A stretch of 63,595 bases of DNA, filler included, from Choristocarpus tenellus KU-1152 (GCA_964200185.2; 12 parts of 12 records of this genome joined end to end with filler, not necessarily neighbours in it), one strand, 5' to 3'; shown: positions 40,807 to 55,130, counted from the first letter of the whole stretch. Numbers and translations: made by a program. The notes: a model not told the origin generated them from the sequence alone.

Positions 40807-40887
40807 CCCATTAGGATTTTTTTGTATTGAACCACTTCTACTGATGCTTTGGAGACTGGCCCTCTCTGACCTGAGCATGAGTTATGT

Positions 40888-41138
40888 GAGTGAAAGTATC
40901 TTAGAGGGTACAAGTTTTGCCCTGTTTGTCCATTTGGGGCTTGGCTTCCCATGTTTTTTTTAACAACATTTTCCTACTCCAAAATGTTTAGGAATAGGTA
41001 AAATGTGTATGTTATGAAAAGGTGTGTCCAGAACATAGATATTGACACTTCCTAACAAACACGATAGTCAAAATTACGTCAAAATCGCAACATTTCACTT
41101 TGGCCCCCAAATGGACGTGGCTCTACCCTCTTTGGGTC
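40888..41138 (-). mobile_element. MITE family M1 near-full copy
   Basis: GAGTGAAAGTATCTTAGAGGGTA start; the other TIR carries an 8-bp deletion; flanks ATGT/ATTT. Confidence 0.88.
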
Positions 41139-43780
41139 ATTTGTGACAGTAATCTAAACCATCTCAACAATTCTGAACCTTTTCACTTTCCCAAGTATAT
41201 CCTAAACTTCACTACACCATGAACCTATGCCAGTGACTACTTGTCGGCTAACTCACCTCCCCTTTAAACAGTCAGGCCTAGGAACATGTACAGATCCGAT
41301 TTCTGGGCCACTAATAATATAGTTATCGATACAGGACCCTGCATTGTTCCTCCAGTTCGATGGTGCTTTGCTCTTGTTCCCAACACTTTCCATCTTCTGA
41401 AGGGAGGGACTTGCCTCAGGTGTCTCTGCCCCCTGAATGAGTGAACTGGGGTAAAAAGCTCCTGTCTGGTTCACTTTTCCAGTTCCACTCTTCGTGCTCG
41501 TTGTGTCTGCCCATGCTATTGACCCCTTAGAACTATGGGTTCCATTGGTACCCTGGCTGATCCTCAGCCCATCATATGCAGGACTCTGATTTGCTTGTTG
41601 GTGGTTTGTGAACTGCTCGGGACAGGACGTTGATTGTGCAAGTACTGAATATCTCATTGAAGGGAAATTGATGACAAAATGGTACAGGTACTAAATTTTC
41701 ATTACTCGAGAATTGAAAGACTTCCTGAGCCCTGAAGAACATAGCTCTGTATGTACTAGATTTTGATCCAGAATTTGCAAGGGGTCTATATCTGTAAGGC
41801 TTCAATTTTCCTCTTGACTGGGATGAAGATCGGGTTAGGATCAAGGGTACAGGGTTGGGCTTGAAGAGCAGCTAAGCTTTGGAGGAGGGAGGGAATCAGA
41901 AGCATACGTCAAAGGGAATAGGTACTTCCTCTTGTACGGCAGAGGAAGAGATTTAGAGTAAATATGGAAGCAGAGGAGGCTAACCGTTCAAGGCAGGAAC
42001 ACCTGTCCGGTCAAATGGCATGATTGGCCAATCAGTTGATTGTAACTGAAACTGTTCTTCGAGAGTGTTGCAGCTGTGTTCCATGTTAAACGTCAGTAAG
42101 ATAACACTCTTTTTTTTAACTCTGGATGGGATGAAAGGGAGGGACGGACGCAAGTGTTGTGCTGGATGTGAAGTTACCTTGTCCATGTCAATAGCACCCA
42201 CAGTAGTAAGTCTGTCCCCATGTCGATCCTCTCGCCCGCCGGTGGTCTCAGTGTTTAGATGCAGGAACATACCCCTACTGGTTGTTGGCCTATAGTACGA
42301 CCAAAATGCCCGTGTCCTATCATGATCAGAAACTCTATGACCCCCACCCTGACCACAGCGCTCCTCCTGCTCTCTAGCTTTTCCATAACTTATGTTGCTG
42401 CCTCCCACATGACATTCTCCTCTGTTTTCACCACTGGTGATGTGTCCACCAATTGTGCATGATGTTGAACTTCTTCTGCGGGGGTCAATAGCAGGTGCTG
42501 AATAGGGGCGCTCTCTTTCTAGATTACCCCGTGGATTGTTGTGGATCCTCCTGTGTGGGGGGAAGACAAGACCTGAAGAAGATGTGCCCGGGAAACCTTT
42601 GCGTGATGCTGCTTCACTTTGAACACAAGGACCAGCTGATCTTGGTCTGACCGTTTTGTACGTGTTCGATCCATCCTGGACCTATCATTGTAACAGTGGT
42701 GTGGCAAACGAAATAAGGGTTGGCTGTGATGGAAATTTGACCACAGGTATCAATTAGGAAAAAAAAATAGGGGAGGAGTTTGAAGGTGGGAAATGGTGAA
42801 GGATCAATAACCTGTGAACAAAGTACAACAAAACCCCCCCTTATTTCTGAGATACTATCATCAGATTTTTTGTTGACTTGAGCAATGAATAGTATTGGCG
42901 ATGTATTGTTTGTTTCCTATGTAGTTTTAATGCGAGTATCCTCTGGATACATGCAACAGCCAATTTTAGTTTCCAAAAAAAGTTGGGATCTACATGTCCT
43001 GGCAGTTGGCAGAGCTCTATAGTAGCTTTCCACGCCTTGGGTTTTGGTAGGATCTCAAACATGTGGTGTCGATAGACAACAACACTGATGTGTCGTGTAA
43101 GGTGTCTAGTGCAAGCTAAACTCAAAGTTACAGGCTTCAAAAATGGTGATATATTTATGAATTTTGAGTAAATTTGAAGTTGGAAACATTCCTGCCCTCT
43201 CTCTCCTCGTAAAAGGAAAATGGTTCTGGCATTGGATGAGATACTGAAAGTCATTGTGACATCGTGTACTTACCAGAACAACCAGATTTTCTTAAAAGGA
43301 AAGACCTCGGAGCAGATGAGGGGGGAATAGAGGAGGACATAGAACACACCAGCGATCAAGAAGATATTCTGAACCCCTTTTGCCAGTCAAGAAATTCGCA
43401 GGGGTGCTCACTATCCATGACAAAGTCTTTGAGATAATTTCTCTCTGGCATAGGTTTGTTTTTCACTTGAAGCCCTTTCAAATCAGCATGAGTATCTAAA
43501 ACTAAGTTCTTGCTTTGTGTTGAAATGAGACAGTTTCAGAACATATCGAACTAATATTGCAGAAACTGTCGTTATTTGTCCAGAATTACTCCTACCCGCA
43601 AGTAGTGGAAGTCAGACCTGAAGTACATGAGGGATTTTACCCTTTACCAGGAGTGACTGGGTTGACCTATCACCGACTATTTAGAATTATTCTAACTTCT
43701 CTTTGACTGAACGGTTCTAAGTGGGTAATTCAAAATCTTTCAGCATTTCCCTTTCTAGTTACCAAAATCAGTGCAGTTGT

Positions 43781-44303
43781 GAGTGAAAGTATCTTGGAGG
43801 ATACGAGTTTTTACCTCTTTGTCTGTTTGGGGCTTGGCTTCCCATGGGCTTTTTATGACAGTTTACCTACTCCGAAATGTTTCAGAGCAGAGTGAAAGTA
43901 TCTTAGAGGATACGAGTTTTGCCCTGTTTGTCCATTTGGGGCTTGGCTTCCCTCGGGTTTTTTTATGACATGTTCCCACTCCAGAATATTTTTGGAGTAG
44001 GTAAAATGTATACGTTATGAAACGATGTGTCTGGAACAAGGATATTGACACTTCCTAACAAACACGATAGCCAAAATTACATCAAAATTGCAACATTGGA
44101 TTTTGACCCCCAAATGGACGCGGCTCTACCCTCTAAGATACTTTGACTCAGCAGGTAAAATGTGTATGTTATGAAAAGGTGTGTCCGGAACAAGAATATT
44201 GAAACTTCCTAACAAACACAATAGCCAATAAATACATCAAAATCGCAACATTGGATTTTGGTCCCCAAAAGAACGCGGCTCTACCCTCTAAGATACATCG
44301 ACT
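43781..44303 (-). mobile_element. Nested M1 MITEs: inner full copy 43890-44149 (TSD AGCA) inserted into an outer M1 copy
   Basis: The outer copy breaks at ...ttcagagca and resumes at agcaggtaaaa. The inner copy has both 23-bp TIRs. Confidence 0.92.
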
Positions 44304-46324
44304 ATGTGATCCACATGATGACTGAGTCTGGCTCAGGTAGGTAGGTACCCAGAGGTGACTCACACGAGCAGAAGACTACATGGCTGAGTAACTGATTTGA
44401 CCATGTGCTGTGCTGAGTTGATAGAGACCAAGTACAATCTGCTGAGCAGGGGAGGATATCAAGGTGGGCACAGTGGGATGAAGAGAAGCAGAACCACAAT
44501 GCAACCATAAGATGAGAAGGATACACTATGTTAAACAACATACCTGAGCTTTTTGTTCCAAAACACCAGCCTTACCTATGCCGTCATTGTAATGAAGATG
44601 TTATGTTGTGCGGTTGCTTAGCTGAAAGGAAGCAATTTTGGCAGAGTGGTGCAAAATAGTAAGATATAGAATCCCATTAAATATGAAGTGAAAGGTGATA
44701 TTTGTTTTGAACAAGATACTGTTCATGTTTGACCTGAGAATTCCACTTCCTAGTTTTCCTTGGAAATGAACAAAAAAAATTGCACTTTTTTGTTATTTTT
44801 CTATCTAGCCCAGAGTATACAATAGTATTGCTCTCATACAAGCACGTTCCATTTTTGCAACTGTATCCAAATTTGACAGTTACGGATAGAATATATCGCA
44901 TGTATATGCTCACCGAGCAGAGTTAGTAGTAGCTTGTCTGAAGCTGAATATCCCAACTACAGTACTTCAAGTAGCAGCCTGAAGAGTGAGGGAGAGGTTC
45001 AGGAACGGGCTCAAGGGGAAACACCATCATTGAAATAACTGCTCAGGGAGAACACATGATTAGTAAGGTGATGGCCCGCAGATGATGCTGTGCAGTTTCT
45101 CAGCCTCTGATTTTTTCAAATTTTGAGACACCACTGGGCTTTACTTTAATCAAAAAATGGATATACAACATGAACATGCTTCTGTCAGAAAATACAAATC
45201 ATACAAATTTTAATTCCAAAGCATTCACAAAAAAGGTTTACACTTAGAACAGTTCTATAGCACCTTGGCATTTCAAAATGATTATTGAATAGTTATTACA
45301 ACAATGATCCTCTCTTTTGCTCGACATCAGCTTAGTTCGAGCATGGTCTTGATGTGTTCATCTTGCAGAGTGCCAGGGTTGGTATGGTGAAAAGGTGATT
45401 CACAAAACATAGGAAACCTTACTCAAAGCAAAATGCATAGTCTAATGTAGCTTAGATTAATTGCTTTGGTTTAGAAATTTGACTAAATTCCGAATTGTGG
45501 GGAGGCAACAGACGCATTTTTTCTCCCTCTTTCTGGAGGTGTTGCAGAATGATACAGAAACGATCGTTGACTCATGGGAAGGTGGATACCAATCATAATA
45601 ATACTGTAAAGGATGAGTCAAATCGCTGAGGATTTGGTGGAGAAAAGATGGTCCTCACTTTGTCAACTCATATTGTCCAGGTTTAGACCACAGACTTGAC
45701 TGTTAGGTGAGGAATCCGTTGCTCGATCATTTGCTCCTATACCTCTATGAACAGCTGCATGCATTTTCCTTTTACTCTTCTTAGGTGTGAGCTGCATATG
45801 CAGCTGGGATTAGCACATGTTAAAATTGAGCACGTTATCGTCTCAGAGGATTTGAGTCCTTTGACAAGATATGCAAGGAATCGCATAGCCTCTTCGAGGG
45901 ATGCATCTAACCCACTGTGCACACTTATTTCCTCATGAGGAATCCAACTGGTTAGACTTGGTATCAGCTGTTTGTTTTCTAATAGATCATACTACTGTAG
46001 AGCTCTAGTGTCCTAGGTTCTTAGGACAAGCCGTACTCAAAAACTTCACTCGTGGTCAGTTGAGAACACTTTTTGCTTATCTCTCCTTGTAAGATTACGG
46101 GTCGAACGCCATGAGCAATACCCCTGGAGTAGTATGGTCATATACACGAGAATTAGCGTAACTCGCCTTGAAAAGTAATAACACATTCTCTGTGAAGGAC
46201 GGCAACCAATGCTCACGCAATATGCCAATGCACCTCTGCAGGTCGCTAAGAGTTCCGAGAAAAAACGGCAGATCGAAGTCGTGGGTAGCGAAAGACGAGA
46301 AATAGGTGTAGTAGTAGGAGTTTC

Positions 46325-46561
46325 GAGTTAAAATATCTTAGAGGGTATGAGTTTTGCCGTGCTTGTCCATTTGGGGCATGGCTTTCCATATTTTTTTAAT
46401 AACATTTTCGTACTCCAAAATGTTTCGAGTAGTTAAAATGTGTACGTTATGAAAAGGTGTGTCGGGAACAAGGATATTGACACTTCCTAACTAACACGAG
46501 AGTCAAAATTACATCAAGATCGCAACATTGGATTTTAGCCCCCAAATGGACGCGGCTCTAC
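46325..46561 (-). mobile_element. MITE family M1 copy truncated by contig end
   Basis: gagttaaaatatcttagagggta followed by M1 internal sequence. Confidence 0.88.
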
Positions 46562-47067
46562 NNNNNNNNNNNNNNNNNNNNNNNNNNNNNNNNNNNNNNN
46601 NNNNNTTAATTAATTAANNNNNNNNNNNNNNNNNNNNNNNNNNNNNNNNNNNNNNNNNNNNCCGACCCCTGGTGTAGACCCCCCCCCCCCCTTCCAGATA
46701 CTTTGGGTCTAAAATGTCCTTACATGTTTGAGTCCATGTCCATCAACCATTTCAATGTTACTTGGTCCACTGATTGGCCATGTAAAAGTAATTTCAAAGA
46801 TGACCGAGTCCATGACCATCAACCGTTTCAACATGTCATCAAGAGTCCATATGGCTGACAGTGAAGATGCTAACTGACTGGCCTGGTTTAGAGCCCTGGT
46901 AAAAGTATTTTGTGATGAGGTGTGATGAGATTTAATGTAATGAGTATGTGTGTATATTGTATGTGTACATCGTATATTTTAAGGAATTTTTTATTTTTTG
47001 TCTTTATTTTTTATCTTTTATTTTTGAACTCTCTCCCAATACATTCCCATACACCCCAAAATACCAA

Positions 47068-47124
47068 ACCCTGACCCTGACCCTGACCCTGACCCTGACC
47101 CTGACCCTGACCCTGACCCTGACC
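47068..47124. repeat. (CCCTGA)n variant telomere-like hexamer
   Basis: About 9 perfect CCCTGA units, i.e. TCAGGG on the other strand. Confidence 0.9.
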
Positions 47125-47384
47125 TGGCTTTAAAAAGCACCGAGCTTCCAGAGGAGGTGGGTCACCTGATAGCCTCACCTCCTACGGCAACCAGCAATCA
47201 ATCAGAGGTGGACTTGGGATTGGTGGGGGGGCAGGGGGGCGGGCAAGGTCTTCTGGAGGGCGCCCGGACGGAGAGTGTCTTGCAAGGATTAGTGTACGCA
47301 CATTGTTGGTGAAGAAGTGGAAGACAACCTACTTCATCTTTGAACTCCCTGATCTACTACTGCTTTATCGATCTCGTGATGATT

Positions 47385-47885
47385 ACATCTATGTGAGTTG
47401 TGTGAGTTGTGAACATTCCAATGTTATAGTAACATCCATGTGAGTTATGTGAGTTGTGAACATTCCAATGTTGCAGTAACATCCATGTGAGTTGTGTTAG
47501 TTGTGAACATTCCAATGTTATAGTAACGTCCATGTGAGTTGTGATCATTCCAATGTTGCAGTAACATCCATGTGAGTTGTTAGTTATGAACATTCCAATG
47601 TTGTAGTAACATCTATATGAGTTGTGTTAGCTCTGAACATTCCAATGTTGCAGTAACATCCATGTGAGTTGTGTTAGTTATGAACATTCCAATGTTGTAG
47701 TAACATCTATATGAGTTGTGTTAGTTATGAACATTCCAATGTTGCAGTAACATCCATGTGAGTTGTGTTAGTTATGAACATTCCAATGTTGTAGTAACAT
47801 CTATGTGAGTTGTGTTAGTTGTGAACATTTCAATGTTATAGTAACATCTATGTGAGTTGTGATCATTCCAATGTCATAGTAATGT
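47385..47885. repeat. 47-bp minisatellite, ~11 units, with internal palindromes
   Basis: Unit acatc(c/t)atgtgagttgtgttagtt(g/a)tgaacattccaatgtt(g/a)(c/t)agta, containing AACATT-cc-AATGTT. Confidence 0.92.
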
Positions 47886-49067
47886 TACAATACTGTTGGT
47901 GTATTGACAGGGGGTGTGAGGTGGCTACATTAAAAAAAAACTCTTTTTTTCTTATTTTATGGTAATGTTCTATGTAGTGAGTGTAGTTGGGAGTGTAGAA
48001 CTGATACTGTAAGAGAGTAGCAAGGTAGTCGTGTCTCTGGGGGTGCTGCAGAAGGTGTGGGGGCAGAGCAGTTGGTGCCATGGTGGAGTAAAGCTAACGA
48101 TTATTTTTCACTATAGTTGGAAAGCGTGTACTTAAAAAAAAAAAATTAGGTTGATTGTTGAGTGCATTTTTCAGTGGATGGAGTCTTGTGCAGATTGACA
48201 AGACAATGGAATTGTTTTGGTTTGTGGTGCAAGCTATCGTTTGTTTTTTATTAGAACCATATTAGTGTATTTCAACAGGAATGTATATATGTATATATGT
48301 ATGTGTTTATTTATGTATGTTTGTATATATGTATGTATTTATTTATTTATGTATGTATGTATATATGTGTATGTATGTTTGTGGAGCGATGTTACGCACA
48401 ATAGTATGTTAGGGTTAGGGTATGTAGATCGTTTTTAATGTTTAAAAAAATGTAATTTTGTTCCGTTTCTCCATTCAAATGTGTCATGTGTCATGTGTGT
48501 GTGAATAGCAAATGTTATAATTTTGTTGGTGGTGGGTAGTCGTTGTCTTTAACAATCTAGTTAGTTAATTAGTTAGTTACCGATCATGTAGGTAGGTATC
48601 AATCACATTGGCATGGAGTAGGTTATTGTGTGAAGAAGTGATTATGAATATGTATGTATATATTATGTATGTACACATGGGAAAAGGGGGTATTTTGGTA
48701 CACGTTAGAATCTATTTTTGAAGTTACTTCAATGGATATTTGGTATAGTATAGATAGTGCAGTATGATGGAACATAGTATAGTATAGTGTATTGCAGGAG
48801 TAGTTTTTGTGGGAGGGTGGTGGTAGGTGTCACTTGTGAAGTGTCATTGGTACTTTGGACAGTACATAAAAGTTGAGTTTTTGATGTGTGTTTACTCCTT
48901 TATTATTATTATTTGGTATGTTACACGCCTTCCAATATTATTTTTTTGTACTTGTATTGTACCAGCACTTGCTTTGCGCACCAACTCCATCAACACTCTC
49001 CCTAACCCTGTATAAGAAAAAAAAAGAGTATGTTTTGTGTGTACGTGTGTGTGGTTGCTTTTTCAGA

Positions 49068-49141
49068 ATCCAAAGGGCACGATGATTAAGAAGAGGGTGG
49101 AGGTGAAGCACAACCATACCCTAACCAGGCTCAAGCGTAAG
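49068..49141 (+). CDS. Possible short internal exon of an unidentified gene
   Basis: ttttcag| NPKGTMIKKRVEVKHNHTLTRLKRK |gtaagt, with canonical splice signals. Boundaries approximate. Confidence 0.3.
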
Positions 49142-52100
49142 GTAAGTCTGATCCGTATACAGTACCTCATTAATGTCATAGTCATAGTCATAGTCATAGC
49201 TGTGGCCACAGAACAAAGAGAATCACCACTTCCACCTCTATGTTGACAATTTTGTGAGGAACAGCTTGTGTGTGAACTGCACCCTTTTCATAATCATTTT
49301 CTTTCTTGGCATTGCCTTCTAACTCTTTAGCAACAATGACTTCATATCAACATATATATATATATATAGATATATATATCAAGTCATGGCAGGAGTAGTT
49401 TTTGTAATTTTTTATAGTAACCCTGAAACTGTAGTCAGTGTTGGTGGGAGTGGGGCCGTACCTGGTATGTTGGTGGGAGTCTCCTGTGGCAACATGATAA
49501 GGGTGTAAAGGTTGTCAAAGCATGCATGTGTATATTATAATAATTAATTAATTGAGATAATGTTTCGGGTTAATAAACATGGTCTTCTTGAAGGATCTGT
49601 TGAAAGTATATTAATAGTTACATATATTAGTAGTGGTTACATTGTGTATATTATCATTAGTATTATCACTAAGATTCTCTTGAGGGATTTAACTATTCTG
49701 CACAAGTCGCTCTGGGCATGCACTGTTCACCTCTAGAAGGAATAAAGTACCTCTACCCTTATCTTTTGTCTTTTCACCCAATTTATTACTTCAAGTGAGA
49801 GAATAAACCTGTTCTTGCACTTGGAAGCATTGGTGATATCATTACTACTTGTTAATTGAAGAGAATGATCTCTATGTACATTCACCCTCATTGAAAAATT
49901 ATCAGTCAGGATGATTAAGATGTTGATTCTAAGTTTATGGGATACTGTACCCATGGCTAAGCACTGGCTCTGCTTTTGTTTTGACCTACCTTGTGGTCTA
50001 CAATCTTGGTGGAGTTGTATATAGCCTACAAACACAGAATGGTGTTCAGGCTGAAGGTACAGGGTTCGATTGGTCATATTCAGGGTAAAGGCTGGCAAGG
50101 AAACAGCCATTGCTGTTGCTTGGTAGTGCAGGGTAGGTACACTCACTGGTATGAGTGGTCTCAGTATACAAGGGTTAGGGCTGGTGGCACAGTGCATACA
50201 TATCGTGAATGATCTGCAGTGAATAGTAACAAAATTGTTACTATTCAATAGTAGCCTCTGGTATCTACTTGAATGTTTTGTTTTGACCCACCACCTGTAG
50301 TTGTCAGTATACTACTTTGATGCGGTTTTTATAATAATGCCATGGCGTACTCCTGTTTTATATGTGTGTGGTGTTATGACGATTATGTGATGATATCAGG
50401 CATACAAGGAGAATGGGTACCTGTGGCACTTCACACTAGAGGAGCAGATGGACTACGGGCCCAGTATTGTAGCCAAGTTTGCACACCATGAGAGGCGTAT
50501 TCTGGAGGAGCTTGGCCAAAGGGTGAGACCACATGTTTGGCAGGAGGAGAGAGCCTGAGTGAGAGTGACAGCCTTGTGCAGCAACCAAAGGGTGTGCAGT
50601 AGGACTCTCGAAAATTTGGGCGTAAGAACACAAGACGATGAGACTGACCAATTTGTAAGACTTGAGTGCAGTCAGTGCTTGATGTCTCTTCATAGGTACT
50701 GTTATTAGAAGAAAAGAATAAAATTTACACAGTGTGGTACAGTGCTTATTTTTGTATGACAAGACAACCTTTGGGTGTGGGTAGGTATAATGTGCGTACT
50801 TTAGTGGGGCGGGGGGGTTTGGAAGGTGCTTTGAGATTGAGAGTACCTGTTGAATGCATGACAAGGCACATGCCTAAGAATGGATTGAGAGCTGCTGGGA
50901 AGTGTTCTGGTATACAGTTTTCATTTTGAATATATGAATGAACCACTACAACTCTAAAAATTTCCGACTTAAAATAGAAATAAAAATAGGGTGTCAAGAT
51001 TGCTACCTCTAAACGGCCCCATGCTTTTGGATGCCGTGCATTGTGATGCCAGTTATCTTTCATGTGATAACATTTAATGCCCCCCCCTCCCCCCCCCCTT
51101 GGCTTTGTCCCCTTCCACTTGCAATGTTTTACTCTTGTTTTTATTTTTAATTAAAATTTGCTGTATCCNNNNNNNNNNNNNNNNNNNNNNNNNNNNNNNN
51201 NNNNNNNNNNNNTTAATTAATTAANNNNNNNNNNNNNNNNNNNNNNNNNNNNNNNNNNNNNNNNNNNNCCTTTTCCTGGTTTTGGTCCAAATGGACCCTC
51301 CGGCGTAGGCCCCCCCCCCCCCTCAGATACTTTGGGTCTTTGGTATACTCATGTGGTGACATCCTCAATAAAGCCAACCACAACCCCTATGCAACAGGGT
51401 ATCTCATCATCCCCTTCACCTGGGACATACATCAAACGAAGCTCAAGGTTGCAGCACATGTCTGTGAATCCTGTAGAGAGCTACCACCCTTATCTGTTCA
51501 CCTACAAGCGAAAGAGAGTAGAGTGTATGTGTGTTTACCAACCAACATTGACTCATTTACTTGGCACCAGGAAGAACATTGCCTATTACTCTGATTTACT
51601 CTGGGCTACTCTGTGGGTGAGCACAGGCAGGTCCTGGCTACATCTATTCCCTCCAGCACCAGAATCTTGTTGACAATTGCACAAAACCAGTGTAGAGACT
51701 GTTGGAGGCAGGTGGAGCTACAAGTTATAGGCATCCTGGAGGTTGAGTACAAGGCACAGAAGGCTTTAGAGACTGCTCCTGCGGTAGAGCCCAGCCCACA
51801 CCTGTCATGCACTGCCCATGTTGAGAGGGGTAGCCCCACCAATAGTAAAAGGAGGGTTTCAAATGAACTACCCTTCCATTATGAGGGAGTGAAGTTCAGG
51901 TCACAGTCAGAGACCACAGGCAGGAGGTAATAGTTGCGTCCATGTCAGAGGCATTCAAGTATATGGAGAGGTTTCAATATACTTTTTTTAATGGTAGCGG
52001 AGCTTAACTTACAAGAATATATACCGTCAAGGGGTGGCAAGAAAGGCTTCGAAATAACGCCTCCATATTGCAAAACTTGCCCTGTGCGTTTCAGCAAATA

Positions 52101-55100
52101 AATTTCTGCTACAGAGGCAGCTCGGAGGTCATGAAACTCAACCACAGGGGTATATTGCCGCCTTGAAACTGAACAACTTGTCTTCCTCTGCCACACCTGC
52201 CTCTCACAGGTCTTGGTTGCATCAAAAGGCTACCCAAAGGGATGAAAGACAAATAGGTGGCTACTCCATCAAGAGTACAGTCAGTCACGGCACCATTGCA
52301 CACCCACAAAAAAAAAATGAAAAACTAATCCTCAACATATCCTTTTTTGTTTTTGTTTTCTTTTCTTTTTCACATAAAAAAAAACAACTAGCTTTGTCTT
52401 CATCCAGCCATTTCCTTCTTCTCATGCTAACCCTAACCCTAAAAAAACACAAACGCAGACTCTAAAAAAGAAAGTCAAAAACAAAGTGTCCCTCAGACAT
52501 CCACGTCAAAAACAAAGTGCGCTTGGCAGAGGGAAACAGTGCACAAAAAGCAACAACGGCAACTCATTTACTTATTTTCTCATTTCTATATATTTCATAC
52601 ACTTATTTTCTTCCATTGCCAGGGCCCCTGACCACCACAACGGTGATTGATCCCTTCGCTTTGTGAAAGGCACTACTCAACACACTTTAAACACATTCCA
52701 ATCATAATCAACCACGTACAAAAAGCTTTTAAGGCCAAATCACTCTGTTTTACGCTCACCAGACCTCTTTCCATTCATAACTCGACCCACAACACCACAA
52801 TTACAACATGTTATTTATTTATTTATTCACTTTCGTTGACTCGGTAGATACACCGAATGAATCCCTCCTCCCTTCTTTTTACTTGAAAAAAAAAAATCCT
52901 AATGTTATTTATTTTATTTTATTTTATTTCATTTCATATTGCAGTCCTTGTTGTATTTCTCAAGCGGTCTCTGTTGCCTTCTATTGACTACCGAGTTCAA
53001 CCATGGGTTTGGAACCCCTAGCCCAAACGCAAACAGTAATAAAAATTAAAAACAATTGCAGTGTAGGGCTAGGGCTAGATTTTGTCAAGCGAGAGGTTTC
53101 TGGAAACAGGAGGTTCATAAAAATATAGTTTCGTAAAGTAGTACAATACAGAACATAAAAAACAGGTTCCAAGGTTATAATGGAGGTTGCCTGTCTTACG
53201 AGTATGGGTGGGCAACAGGAGCGTTCCAAAACACACTCTTAAAATGTCCTGCCAAGAAGATGATACCCCAGAGAACAAAAAGGCTGCACTTCAAACTCAC
53301 TCACAAAACACCACTATATATACTTAAGAGTTCCAAGCAAAACACTCTTACAATAACAATAATAATAATATTAAAAATAACAATGGTAAGTTAATTTTGC
53401 ATAGGAATGAACAAATTAAGACTGGGTTTAAATGGGGGTAGAGCTACTCCAATGATAGATAATAATGGCATTGCGATAAGATTTTTAAAGGTTTGGTGTA
53501 TACAATAATAACAAACAATAAATAAACACAGATAAATAGATAATTAAATTGGATTTGATTGAACCTTGCTGTCATCCCTTCATTGGTCACTTCTGGCCCA
53601 GTCTGTAGATGAAGACTTGAAATAAAGAAATAACTGACCGGTGTTGAGTTTGCTGGTATAAATATGGAAACTTGACTACAAAAACAGTTACAAATAAAAA
53701 AAAATCATGTCAAAAAAACAAAAAACAAAACAGGATAATTTGATCAGCGTGGGGGAGGTGTAACTATTTAGATCATTACAGTACACTACTTACAAAGTAC
53801 CATACCAGGAAGTCATGCAAATAATCTTAAACCATCACACCCTAACCCTAAACTATTCACACAGAGTCACAGCGAAGAGGGGCAATAAGATACCCACAGT
53901 CAAGATGGGTTTAGGACAGGAAAACAACTAGACATGCACCAACTGATAGTGTGTAGATCATGGTAAGGGTCAAGTACACACAAGAGGATTAAATAAAAAA
54001 TAGACACATTCATCATTAAGCAAGACAACACCCAAAAGGTCCTCCCACCTCACACACACACACACACAAAAAAAAAATCTTCCCCCTCCCCCTTTTGGTA
54101 TATTCTCCACACACAAGTAACGCCACACCACTACACCACCACACCACTACACCACTGCACAGAAGAGGACCATCAAAGACCCATCAAGACAAAAGCATCT
54201 CACCTTCACAGACAACGTAACTGGGGCTCGACCAACACCCCCATCCTCACCCCTAAAGTCACCCATGGCCCCGGCAGACCCAGTCCCACTTACCCCCCAC
54301 CACCCCCCCCCCCCCCCCNNNNNNNNNNNNNNNNNNNNNNNNNNNNNNNNNNNNNNNNNNNNTTAATTAATTAANNNNNNNNNNNNNNNNNNNNNNNNNN
54401 NNNNNNNNNNNNNNNNNNTATTTTTTTTTACATCAAGAGTAAAAACCAAACTTGTACTGAGGTCCACAAGGACACTACTAACACGAGTAGGTCTGGACAG
54501 TATAGAGTACGACCAAGGACAGTCGGACACAACACAGATTTCTTTTTACACATAAACGAGCATCACACCGGCTATGCAAAAAACACAAATACAACTCCAA
54601 GCATGTGTCTGCAGAGTGGCAAATCAATCCTGTATCGTAATGGTCCAAGGAATAATGTGCAGAACATCATTGTGGAACGTTGGGGGGGTGGAATCAGCGA
54701 GTATAGTGAAGAGGTTTATCGATATTCGCTCCATATTCTGGTGAGAATCAATGGTGCAACTGCTAGTGGATAGTATCCTTTCCGAAAACAAGTCGATGCG
54801 ACCATGCGACTGAACGGCACGAATGCGGGAGTTTTGCGAGTTGACGTAGGGTATCTTCATCAAATAACCGCGCAGTACAAAATGTTGAAAACACAGGCCA
54901 TTCTTTGTTGCCTCCCATCTTTTCTCCTACACTTGTGACGTGCCTTAGATGTTCTTCTCACCTTGGTCGTCATCATCCCCTCCCCTACCCGCTTCTGTGC
55001 TAATACCTGCTCTGCATCACGTATATTAATTGGCTCAAAACAACAACTCCAAGAATTAACCGTGTAGCGTATTTCGAGCCATATAGCAACATCCCTTCGA

Positions 55101-55130
55101 TACGACCCTCATCATCTACCCTCTTCTCAC

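Noticed and set aside
47385-47885. CRISPR-like or guide-RNA array
   Set aside because: Units are near-identical along their whole length with no unique spacers and no adjacent nuclease gene. The same applies to 4520-4937 and 23803-23910.
51860-51930. YEGVKFRSQSE resembling a phage PD-(D/E)XK nuclease start (YxGxxFRSxLE)
   Set aside because: The similarity is only ~10 residues, a stop follows, and the downstream motif is missing.
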